Origin: Desulfuromonadales bacterium
Lineage (GTDB): Bacteria > Desulfobacterota > Desulfuromonadia > Desulfuromonadales > UBA2294
Assembly (NCBI GenBank): GCA_014859615.1
Contig: JACUTX010000002.1
Span: 1 to 35,603 of the forward strand
DNA length: 35,603 nt
Reading direction: 5' to 3'
Made by a program: the position numbers and the translations under genes. Each line of letters starts with the position of its first letter. Position 1 is the stretch's first letter. A model generated the notes under the pieces. That model did no database searches. It saw only the letters and a list, made by a program, of their open reading frames with translations, and was not told the origin of the DNA. Shown one piece after another: positions 8,327 to 16,212 of the stretch.

Positions 8327-9814
8327 ATGCGCGATAATATTTTTAACATCCCCGTTTTCGGTGCTTTACTCCGTTCCGTCTGGTTCTGGAGAATCGCCCG
8401 TCTGACGACTCTGGCTCTGACGGTGGCGATGATCGCCTGGGGCTGGCATCAGCATGCTGTTCCGGGTCTTTCGCTCCCTGATCCGTTGATGTATACAAAC
8501 CTGACCAATCATCTCTTCTGGGTCTGGTGGCTGATGGGGATCGTCTTTATCGCTCTGCTGTTCGGTCGGCTCTGGTGTTCGGTCTGCCCGCTCGGCTGGC
8601 TGAACGGTATCGTCTCCCGCTTCGGTTTGCGCCGTGAGATGCCGGTCTGGTTGCGTAATTTTATATCGGTGACGCTGGTTCTGGTCATTTTACAACTGGC
8701 GATTTATTTTTTTAAACTCCATCGATTTCCGGACTATACGGCGATTCTGCTGACCTTTTGTCTGCTGTTGACGATCGGCGCCGGTCTGTTGTATCGGCAG
8801 CGGGCCTTTTGTCTTCTGTTCTGCCCGGCCGGTGCGGTGTTTGGACTTTATGCCCGGGTGGCACCGTTTCAGCTTCGTGTCAAGCAGCCGTCGGTCTGTG
8901 CCGGTTGTGATAGCCAGCGCTGTGTCTCGGAGCCGCAGGAGTGGCAAAAACATCAACTTGGCGGCTCTGTTCTTTATCGGCATCGGCGTCTCGATGGTTG
9001 CCCGGTCGATCTTGTTCCGGCTGCGCTCGCCGATAGTGCCGATTGCACCTTTTGTCTCAACTGCTTCCATAATTGCGATAAAGAGAATATAAAAGTCGGC
9101 TTTCGCCCCTGGCTGGCAGATATCGAGACCGGCCTGCGCAGGAGTGAAACGCTTTTTTTTCTGGTTCTGTTCGGTATGTTGACCGCCAATTTCAGCAAGG
9201 TTTATGTTGAGCTGCGTCAGCTGCTCTTCTGGCTGCCGCAGGAGGTGGCCGTGCTCCTCGGCTGGCAGGAGTCGGGATACTATGTTCTGGCGGCGATCTG
9301 GGTCGCTCTGCTCTTGCCGTCCCTTTTGATGCTGCCGGGTTATCTGATTTTACGTGCTGCCGCGATCAGAACGACCTCGATAACTGACCCCGATGCCGGG
9401 CCCGGCCTTTTTGTTCATGATGAACGGTCCGGTTTCTGGAGTTCCGTCGGCCAGTTGGCTCTGCCGATGATTCCGGCACTCCTCACCGCTCATGCTGTTT
9501 TGGCGATCGTCAAGATTAACGCCAAGGCCGCTTATCTGCCGTTTGCTCTTGTCGACCCTTCCGGCGTTAAGAGCTTTCTGGCGATGAATGTCATGCAGAC
9601 GGTCGCAACTCCGGGCGCTGTGATCTCCCTCGATATTCTTAAATGGGTTGTTCTTCTTCTGTTGATCGTCGGTCTGTTCCTCTCCTTTCTGGTTGCCAAA
9701 AAGGTTGCTGTCCGACAAGGTCGCCCCGGCTTTTTACCAGCAGCGATTGTTTCGGTTCTGATTCCGACCGTCTGCTATTTTTCAACGGTGATTGAATGGC
9801 TATTCGTCCGCTGA
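8327..9814 (+). CDS. Integral membrane polyferredoxin (NapH/MauN-like 4Fe-4S binding protein)
   Basis: Many hydrophobic segments. NapH-type membrane-proximal Cys motifs (CSVCPLGWLNG and LLFCPAGAVFG) plus ferredoxin-like clusters (CAGCDSQRC and CTFCLNCFHNC). The track ORF starts at 8219 inside the HEAT gene. ATG 8327 (MRDNIF...) is the first start after the upstream stop. Confidence 0.75.
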   Translation: MRDNIFNIPVFGALLRSVWFWRIARLTTLALTVAMIAWGWHQHAVPGLSLPDPLMYTNLTNHLFWVWWLMGIVFIALLFGRLWCSVCPLGWLNGIVSRFGLRREMPVWLRNFISVTLVLVILQLAIYFFKLHRFPDYTAILLTFCLLLTIGAGLLYRQRAFCLLFCPAGAVFGLYARVAPFQLRVKQPSVCAGCDSQRCVSEPQEWQKHQLGGSVLYRHRRLDGCPVDLVPAALADSADCTFCLNCFHNCDKENIKVGFRPWLADIETGLRRSETLFFLVLFGMLTANFSKVYVELRQLLFWLPQEVAVLLGWQESGYYVLAAIWVALLLPSLLMLPGYLILRAAAIRTTSITDPDAGPGLFVHDERSGFWSSVGQLALPMIPALLTAHAVLAIVKINAKAAYLPFALVDPSGVKSFLAMNVMQTVATPGAVISLDILKWVVLLLLIVGLFLSFLVAKKVAVRQGRPGFLPAAIVSVLIPTVCYFSTVIEWLFVR

Positions 9815-10278
9815 TTCTAATGTTGAGCTTTTTGCTCCTGATGCTTTTGACCGTACCGGTTTTCGCCTGTTTTGGGCCGAAGCTCTATCTCGGTATCGGG
9901 GAGAGCCCGACGGATCAGGTTTTGACCTCGTTTGTCGCCATCTTCATCAAGGAGACGACCGGAATCGATGTGGAGCGAACCCCTTTAGCCGGGCGCGATC
10001 CGCAAGCTGAGATTGCTGCTGAAAAAATCGATTTTTCCTTTATACCAAAGCATAGAGACGGTTCTGTGGTCCTGATGGAAATTACCGGTTTTTCACCCTT
10101 GATTACCGGCCCGCGAATCGATAACGACCTGCAGTTTACTACGGTGCGAACAACTCTGGCCCGTCTTGAGAAGAAGCTGACCGCCGGTCATGTGCAAGCA
10201 TTAGTGGCAGAAGTTGACACCGGGGCGTTGGCAATGGATGTCGTGCGGCATTTCCTGATTGTGCAGAGATGGATCTGA
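9796..10278 (+). CDS. Small lipoprotein, function unknown
   Basis: 160-aa ORF with a signal peptide and lipobox (LLTVPVFAC). It overlaps the upstream gene by 19 nt. I recognise no family. Confidence 0.55.
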   Translation: MAIRPLILMLSFLLLMLLTVPVFACFGPKLYLGIGESPTDQVLTSFVAIFIKETTGIDVERTPLAGRDPQAEIAAEKIDFSFIPKHRDGSVVLMEITGFSPLITGPRIDNDLQFTTVRTTLARLEKKLTAGHVQALVAEVDTGALAMDVVRHFLIVQRWI

Positions 10279-11087
10279 TGCGTCATTTTTTAATATTAAT
10301 TCTTCTCACTCTCACGGCCTGTTCGCCAGCCGCATTTGTGGCAGAGCCTTATCTGTCACCACCGCCGGCACCGGTTTTGTTGGCACCGATCAGCGGTGTG
10401 TTGACCGGTGAAACAGTTCTTCAGGGTGAATATCTTCTGGTGGGCGACCTGCTGATTCCGAAAGGGAGTCGTCTCATCATCAAATCTGGCAGCAGCATAT
10501 ATGTGCGCCGGGCAGAGACGACCAAGATCGATCCGGAGTTTCTCTCTTCAATGACCGAGCTGCTGATTCGCGGCTCAATTCAGATCGAGGGGACGCCTGC
10601 GGAGCCGGTACGGTTTGTTCCCGAACAGAAGACGACGCTCGCTGATCCGGCCTGGGCGGGGATTATCCTTGATACCGCAGAGGCTTCTTCGATTCGATAC
10701 GCTCAAATAAGTGGCGCCGAGACCGGTCTGTTGATGATTGATGCCGAGGTCGTTCTGAGCGACAGTCGACTTGAAATGAATCGTTACGGCGTGGTGATTC
10801 AGTCTGGATCTCCTCTGCTGGAACGTAATCTGATCAGCAATGGCGAGGGGGGCCTGTTTGTCTGGCAGGGTGCAGCGCCGAAACTGGTTGATAATATTAT
10901 CCGCCAGAATGAAGAAGAGGGGATCACGATCGATCGGTCGAGTCGTCCCGTTTTAAGTCGTAATCGCTCGCAGCAGAATGCGATCGGGCTGGTCTCTGTG
11001 ACTCTCTTTACGTCCGATGCTCTGCAGCTCTCTGAAAATACGACCGCGTGGCGTCAGCTGCTTTCCCGGCAGGAGTTGAAAAAATGA
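10269..11087 (+). CDS. Lipoprotein with right-handed parallel beta-helix repeats (NosD-like)
   Basis: Lipobox LTLTAC. Periodic repeats of about 22 residues of the PbH1 type (SRLEMNRYGVVIQSGSPLLERNLISNGEGGLFVWQGAAPKLVDNIIRQNEEEGITI). The N-terminal region parallels the next gene. Start could be ATG 10269 or 10278. Confidence 0.7.
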   Translation: MDLMRHFLILILLTLTACSPAAFVAEPYLSPPPAPVLLAPISGVLTGETVLQGEYLLVGDLLIPKGSRLIIKSGSSIYVRRAETTKIDPEFLSSMTELLIRGSIQIEGTPAEPVRFVPEQKTTLADPAWAGIILDTAEASSIRYAQISGAETGLLMIDAEVVLSDSRLEMNRYGVVIQSGSPLLERNLISNGEGGLFVWQGAAPKLVDNIIRQNEEEGITIDRSSRPVLSRNRSQQNAIGLVSVTLFTSDALQLSENTTAWRQLLSRQELKK

Positions 11088-12163
11088 TCCGCTTCCTGCT
11101 TATTGTCATTTTGATTCTGATCGGAACTCCGTCTCTGGCCGATCAAAAATATACAGGGGAAAATACCATCTGGAAGGATACCGCCTGGGAGGGTGATATT
11201 CTGATTGACGGTATCGTCACCGTCGCCCCCGGCGTGACCCTGGAGGTTCGTCCCGGCACTACGGTCCGTTTTACCCGGTCTGACAGTAATCAGGATCAGA
11301 TCGGTGAGCATGAAATTTTTATCCAGGGGCGTTTTATTGCCCAAGGTACGGCTGAACAGCCGATTCTCTTTACCTCGGCAGAAGAGCGTCCGACCCCCGG
11401 TGATTGGGGGGCGATCAACATGATGGCTTCGATGCAGGAAAACCTGTTGGAGCATTGTCGGGTTGAATATGCTTATCGCGGTTTTCATGCTCATTTTGGT
11501 CGGGGGAGACTCTCTTATTCGACCTTCGCTTACAACAGGCGCGCTGCCCAGTTTCAGGAGTCGGATGTGCAGATTAATGCATGTTTGTTCAGCGACAACC
11601 TCAATGGTCTCCAATTTCGGGATTCAACCGTGACGATCGCCGACTCAGTGGTTCGCGGGAGCTACTGGGGAGTTCGTACTGTAAATAGCCGGGTCACGAT
11701 GAACGATACGCTGGTTGAGAATAATCTGATCAACGGGATTAATTTCAAAGAATCTCAGGTTGAGCTGGACCGAATCACGGTTCGCAATAACCGCAGAGGT
11801 CTCTATCTGCAACGGACTTCCGGATCGATCGCCAGGTCGACCCTGATCGGGAATAGCGAACATGGTCTTTTTGCTGAAGAGTCAAATCTGACGGTCGACT
11901 CATCCCGAATTCTGGAAAATGGTCGCGCCGGAGTGCGGGTTTTGAATGCGACTCTGGTTTTGCAGGATAATCAGATCCTGGACAATGATCTCTTCGCCAT
12001 GATTAACGATGGGACAGAAGATCTGCAGATCGTCGGTAACTGGTGGGGCAGCTCTGATATTAATGAGATTGCGACTCTGGTTCGTGATGGTCATGATCGC
12101 AACGGTTTTGGCCTGGTGACGATTCAAACCCCCTTAACTGCCCCTCCTCAGCTGGCAGAGTGA
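11084..12163 (+). CDS. Secreted right-handed parallel beta-helix repeat protein (NosD-like), paralog of the upstream gene
   Basis: Signal peptide MIRFLLIVILILIGTPSLA. At least 8 PbH1-like repeats (for example VENNLINGINFKESQVELDRITVRNNRRGLYLQRTSGSIARSTLIGNSEHGLFAEESN). ATG 11084 forms an ATGA overlap with the upstream stop. The track start at 11048 lies inside the upstream gene. Confidence 0.75.
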   Translation: MIRFLLIVILILIGTPSLADQKYTGENTIWKDTAWEGDILIDGIVTVAPGVTLEVRPGTTVRFTRSDSNQDQIGEHEIFIQGRFIAQGTAEQPILFTSAEERPTPGDWGAINMMASMQENLLEHCRVEYAYRGFHAHFGRGRLSYSTFAYNRRAAQFQESDVQINACLFSDNLNGLQFRDSTVTIADSVVRGSYWGVRTVNSRVTMNDTLVENNLINGINFKESQVELDRITVRNNRRGLYLQRTSGSIARSTLIGNSEHGLFAEESNLTVDSSRILENGRAGVRVLNATLVLQDNQILDNDLFAMINDGTEDLQIVGNWWGSSDINEIATLVRDGHDRNGFGLVTIQTPLTAPPQLAE

Positions 12164-12185
12164 CTGATATTAAAGGACAGTGTGT

Positions 12186-13109
12186 ATGAGTTTAGGTATT
12201 AAATTTATTTTGAAATCAGTGGCGGGTCTCGTCTTGCTGCTGCTGACAGGATCTCTGTTGGCCGGTTGCGATGCGGTCAAGGAGCGACCAAAAATGCGGA
12301 TCGGGTACATGAACTGCAACAGTGAAGCGGAGACCAGGGCGCGATTCGGTCCGCTAAATGAGTATCTCTCACAAAAGCTTGGTATCGATTTTGAACTGGT
12401 CTCCGTCGATACCCAGGAGTTTGCCGAGCGTTTTCATAAAGGCGAGTTCGATTTTACCCATACCAATTCACTGCTCTATATTATTTTGCGGGAACAGAAG
12501 AATCTGCGTCTTCTGGCGACGGAAAAACGGGGTCAATACGGCCCCAGAACAGCCGGAACCCTGATTTCGCGAAAAGATAGCGGGATAAAGACCCTCGCCG
12601 ACCTGAAGGGGAAGTATCTGTTGTTCGGACCGCAGCTCGCTCCGTCGGGATTTCTGGCCCAGTATGATCTGATGCTGCAAGCCGGAATCAATCCGGAGCA
12701 GGATCTCGCCTATTACGGAATTCCGCGCGGTTCCTTCAAGCACGAGAAAGTTGTTTACGGGGTCTATTTCGGTAAATATGATGTCGCCGCCGCACCGGCT
12801 CTCGATCTGGAGTTGATGATCCGGGACGGCAAAATCACGGCGGATGATTTCAATATTATCGCTCAGAGTGAAATCTTCCCTTACTGCACCTTTGGCGCTG
12901 CCCGTCAGATTCCGGATGAGCTGGCTGAAAAGTTCAGGATGTTACTTCTCGATCTGACCCCTGAATCGACGGTTACTTACCAGAGTGAAACGGTCAAGGT
13001 TCTCGATTCAGCCTGGATTGACGGCTTTGCTCAACTGGAGGATGCCGATTACGATCCGATCCGGCGAATGGCCAAAAATGCTAACATGCCCCCTTATCAG
13101 GAGTTTTAA
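12186..13109 (+). CDS. PhnD-like (phosphate/phosphonate ABC-type) periplasmic substrate-binding lipoprotein
   Basis: Lipobox LLAGC. The N-terminal core RIGYMNCNSEAETRARFGPLNEYLSQKLGIDFELVSVDTQEFAERFHKGEFDFTHTN resembles the PhnD/Phosphonate-bd family. ATG 12186 follows AAGGA at suitable spacing, whereas the track uses GTG 12180. Confidence 0.75.
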   Translation: MSLGIKFILKSVAGLVLLLLTGSLLAGCDAVKERPKMRIGYMNCNSEAETRARFGPLNEYLSQKLGIDFELVSVDTQEFAERFHKGEFDFTHTNSLLYIILREQKNLRLLATEKRGQYGPRTAGTLISRKDSGIKTLADLKGKYLLFGPQLAPSGFLAQYDLMLQAGINPEQDLAYYGIPRGSFKHEKVVYGVYFGKYDVAAAPALDLELMIRDGKITADDFNIIAQSEIFPYCTFGAARQIPDELAEKFRMLLLDLTPESTVTYQSETVKVLDSAWIDGFAQLEDADYDPIRRMAKNANMPPYQEF

Positions 13110-13111
13110 TC

Positions 13112-13648
13112 TTGTTTCGTGATTTTTTCGATAGAGCGCACTGGTTTGCTTTAGGCGGATTAGTCATTGCTCTTTTTTACCTGCTCTTCTTCTCTCCGGT
13201 TGACGGGTCGACAGTCAGAAAACAGGATAAACGCCTCGAACTGGTTCTGCAGGAGAAGGCCAGAATCGCCTTTCTGCTCGAAACCTATGCTCCGGTCGAA
13301 GAACTTGCCGCTGCCGGGAATCGGGCGGCGGCTTTGTTGAAACTCGAAGAACTCGAACGGGATTTTCCCGGAGAAGCTCATGCTTCTATTCTGCGTGGTT
13401 CTCTGTTGCTGGAGCAGGGGGCGATCGCCGAGGGGATTGCAGCTTATGTGCTCGGTGTACGGCAGAATGGTGATTATATCGATGCGCGCAGTCTGCTCGG
13501 TCGGCATCGGGAGATAACGGCTCTGGTTGAAGCAGAGCTCCCTCTTATCAAGGTCAGGGTCGAAAAATCCCCAAACAGCCGGACGTGGAACGAAGCGTTG
13601 AACAACATCTATTATCTGCAGAGTCGTCTGGCCGGAGGGTGCGAATGA
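13112..13648 (+). CDS. Membrane-anchored TPR-like protein, function unknown
   Basis: TTG start 8 nt after GGAG. One N-terminal hydrophobic helix (WFALGGLVIALFYLLFF), then helical-repeat sequence (GEAHASILRGSLLLEQGAIAEGIAAYVLGVRQNGDY). The family assignment is weak. Confidence 0.5.
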   Translation: MFRDFFDRAHWFALGGLVIALFYLLFFSPVDGSTVRKQDKRLELVLQEKARIAFLLETYAPVEELAAAGNRAAALLKLEELERDFPGEAHASILRGSLLLEQGAIAEGIAAYVLGVRQNGDYIDARSLLGRHREITALVEAELPLIKVRVEKSPNSRTWNEALNNIYYLQSRLAGGCE

Positions 13649-14718
13649 GACGATTCCTGACCGACCGTCACATCTGGCTGGTTATTGTTTCGGGGGGAAT
13701 TCTCGGAACATTCGGGGTGTTGCTCGCATTTTGGGGGAACCCTGAACACTCCGGCATCTGCATCTCCTGCTTTCTGGAAAATACCGCCGGAGCTCTCGGT
13801 CTGCACCCCGATACCCGGATGCAGTATCTGCGGCCGGAACTCCCCGGTTTTATCCTCGGCGCCATGGCGAGCGCTCTGGTTGGCAAAGAGTTTAAAACCC
13901 GCGGCGGCAAGGCGCCGATTTTTCGCTTTATGTCCGGTTTTTTTCTGCTTGTCGGCTGTACGGTTTTTATCGGTTGTCCGATTAAACTTTTTTTGCGACT
14001 GACCGCCGGAGATATGACTGTCTGGTCCGGCCTGCTCGGCCTTTTGGTCGGGATCGGTATCGCTACTCGCGGCTTGACCTCCGGCGTTTATATCGATCGG
14101 GGTGAGACGCAGCGCGGTGGCGGGGGGGTGCTGGTTCCGCTGCTGTTTCTCTTTTTTTTGCTGCTGCTGTTTGTCCGGCCGGCGTTTATCCTCTTTTCAG
14201 AACGGGGGAGTGCGGCTCAGCATGCTCCGGTACTGATCTCCCTGCTGGTCGCTCTGCTGATCGGTGTTTTGGCGCAAAGAAGCCGATTCTGCATCACCGG
14301 TGCGCTGCGAGATCTGTTCCTGATCGGTTTTCGGGCACCGCTCTTCTGGGGGCTTGTCGCCATGGTTCTGGCTGCGGTTGTTACCAGTCTCTTGACCGGG
14401 TCGTTTCGACTCGGTCTGTATGGCCAGCCCGGTGCACATTTTGACATGTTCTGGAGTTTTGCCGGGATGCTTCTGGTCGGCTGGATGTCGGTACTGATTG
14501 GCGGCTGCCCGTTTCGACAGCTGGTGAAGGCTGGTGAAGGGGATACCGACGCCGGAATGGTGGTCCTCGGGATGTTGACCGGCGCCGGAATTGTTCAATC
14601 GTGGAATATTTCAGCGACAGCGGCGGGGGTCTCTTTTTATGGACAGGTGGCTGTCCTGGTCGGATTGATCTTTGTCCTGACCACATCACTACTGTTTCGC
14701 GAGCGGGCGACCGCATGA
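13645..14718 (+). CDS. YedE/YeeE-family membrane protein (sulfur/selenium compound transport)
   Basis: Polytopic membrane protein with the family's conserved Cys-containing loops (GNPEHSGICISCFLENTAG and RSRFCITGALRD). ATG 13645 forms an ATGA overlap with the upstream stop. The track start at 13585 lies inside the upstream gene. Confidence 0.85.
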   Translation: MRRFLTDRHIWLVIVSGGILGTFGVLLAFWGNPEHSGICISCFLENTAGALGLHPDTRMQYLRPELPGFILGAMASALVGKEFKTRGGKAPIFRFMSGFFLLVGCTVFIGCPIKLFLRLTAGDMTVWSGLLGLLVGIGIATRGLTSGVYIDRGETQRGGGGVLVPLLFLFFLLLLFVRPAFILFSERGSAAQHAPVLISLLVALLIGVLAQRSRFCITGALRDLFLIGFRAPLFWGLVAMVLAAVVTSLLTGSFRLGLYGQPGAHFDMFWSFAGMLLVGWMSVLIGGCPFRQLVKAGEGDTDAGMVVLGMLTGAGIVQSWNISATAAGVSFYGQVAVLVGLIFVLTTSLLFRERATA

Positions 14719-14739
14719 TCGTTAAGGAATGAGGTTAAT

Positions 14740-15054
14740 GTGCAACGACTGAAGCGAAATCCCGATATTGTCTGGCGGGTTGAAAAACAGCGGGAAGCCT
14801 CGGTTCTCAAGGCTCTTGAAGCGGGATCCGATCCGGGTGAGCAGGGGACGGTTCTGCTGATTGTCAGCGGAACCATGCATCAGCTGAATATGATTGGCGG
14901 CACTATCTGGCAATCTGTCGATGGGAGTCGATCGCAAAAGCAGCTGGTCGATCTGCTGGCCGCTGAGTATGATGTGGACCGTGCAGAACTTGAAACTGAT
15001 GTCTGTCTCTTCATTGAAGATCTGATACAGAGAGGGTGGTTGATTTATGACTGA
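14740..15054 (+). CDS. PqqD-family peptide chaperone (RiPP recognition element protein)
   Basis: 104 aa with a GTG start 5 nt after GAGG. Typical PqqD pattern: NPDIVWRVE ... LLIVSGTMHQLNMIGGTIWQSVDGSRSQKQLVDLLAAEYDVDRAELETDVCLFIEDLIQRGWL. Confidence 0.85.
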   Translation: MQRLKRNPDIVWRVEKQREASVLKALEAGSDPGEQGTVLLIVSGTMHQLNMIGGTIWQSVDGSRSQKQLVDLLAAEYDVDRAELETDVCLFIEDLIQRGWLIYD

Positions 15055-16051
15055 GCCGTTTATCGAGCTGTTCTCTGCTCCTTTGACTTTCAACTGGACA
15101 CTCTCTTTCCGCTGTAATTTCAGTTGTCAGCACTGTTACAGCCGCGAAGAGATGAGCGACGAGTTGTCGACAGAGGAGAACTTTCGGGTGATCGATGTTC
15201 TGGCTGAGCAGCAGGTTCCGTTTATTAATTTCGGCGGTGGTGAGCCTCTGTTATCTGCTGATCTCTATAAAATTGCAGCTTATGCAGTCAGTAAAGGGCT
15301 GAATCCGTCGATGAACTCAAACGGCTGGTTGCTCGATGAATCGGCGGCCGTCCGTTTGAAAGAGGTTGGCTTCAGAAGTGTCGGCATCAGTCTGGACAGC
15401 GCCAAAGCGGATCTGCACGATGATTTTCGTTGTATGCCCGGAGCGTATGATCGTGCTGTCAACGCGCTGCAGGCGTTGCAGAAAGTCGGTCTGCGCAGTA
15501 CGCTAAGTGCCGTCATCTCCCGGATTAATTATAAAAATTTTCGTGATATTCTCGATCTGGCCCGTGAGAACGGCGTTGCGCAAGTCTATCTGCATAATTT
15601 CAAATGCAGCGGGCGCGGGTTCAAAAATCGCGAAGAACTCGATCTGACTCCGCAAGAGTGGAAAGCTTTTTATATTGAGGCGCTGGCGGTCAAAAATGAG
15701 ACTACCGATATCGATATCTCGTTCGATGATCCGGTGATCGCCTCTCTCCCCGGCTATGCTGAAAACTCGTTGGTCAAGGGGAGCAGTTGTGGTAAACTTT
15801 CTCTGCATTTGCGCCCGGATGGTCACATCACCCCGTGTGGATTCATCCCGCTGGTGGTCGGTCATATTCTCAGGGATGATTTTCAGACACTCTGGCAGAA
15901 ATCACCGATTCTGGTCAAAATGCGCAACAAGGAAGCCAAGGGGAAATGTGGTGATTGCGGATCGTTTGAATCGTGTCTGGGCGGTTGTACAGCGCGTGCA
16001 TTTGCCACGACCGGTGATTTCAGCGAGCCCGACCCGCACTGCTGGGTTTAA
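15047..16051 (+). CDS. Radical SAM/SPASM domain peptide-modifying enzyme
   Basis: CxxxCxxC SAM-cluster motif (CNFSCQHCY) and the GGGEPLL SAM-binding motif. Complete 7-Cys SPASM signature (CGKLSLHLRPDGHITPC ... CGDCGSFESCLGGC ... HCW). Overlaps the PqqD gene by 8 nt. Confidence 0.92.
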   Translation: MTEPFIELFSAPLTFNWTLSFRCNFSCQHCYSREEMSDELSTEENFRVIDVLAEQQVPFINFGGGEPLLSADLYKIAAYAVSKGLNPSMNSNGWLLDESAAVRLKEVGFRSVGISLDSAKADLHDDFRCMPGAYDRAVNALQALQKVGLRSTLSAVISRINYKNFRDILDLARENGVAQVYLHNFKCSGRGFKNREELDLTPQEWKAFYIEALAVKNETTDIDISFDDPVIASLPGYAENSLVKGSSCGKLSLHLRPDGHITPCGFIPLVVGHILRDDFQTLWQKSPILVKMRNKEAKGKCGDCGSFESCLGGCTARAFATTGDFSEPDPHCWV

Positions 16052-16101
16052 CCTGCACAAAGAGAGAAGAGTTCTCTTCTAAGCAAAAAGGAGGTGTACC
16101 G

Positions 16102-16158
16102 ATGAAAAAGTATCAAAAGCCGATGGTTGTCGGATCTGCAAACGTTCATCCTTGCTAA
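16102..16158 (+). CDS. Candidate 18-aa precursor peptide MKKYQKPMVVGSANVHPC (below the 60-aa floor of the supplied ORF track)
   Basis: ATG 16102 to TAA 16156-16158. It is preceded by AAAAAGGAGGTG (GGAGG at 16090-16094, 7-nt spacing), the best anti-SD complement I noticed in the window. It lies between the radical SAM/SPASM gene and its SPASM paralog and is followed by a GC hairpin. There is no homology evidence, so this is a call from genomic context. Confidence 0.5.
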   Translation: MKKYQKPMVVGSANVHPC

Positions 16159-16166
16159 ACATCATC

Positions 16167-16194
16167 GGGCAGCTTTACGCTGCCCTTTGCATTT
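16167..16194 (+). terminator. Hairpin and T-rich tail after the small ORF (possible partial terminator or attenuator)
   Basis: GGGCAGC (16167-16173), TTTAC loop, GCTGCCC (16179-16185): a perfect 7-bp GC-rich stem. It is followed by TTTGCATTT, an interrupted U-tract, which suggests leaky rather than full termination. Confidence 0.4.
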
Positions 16195-16212
16195 AATGGA
16201 CAAAACCTTTAT

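Noticed and set aside
8856-8872. TGGCAC-containing sites inside coding regions (for example 8856 and 22548) as extra sigma-54 promoters
   Set aside because: They lack the TTGC -12 element at the correct spacing and lie within ORFs. These are chance matches.
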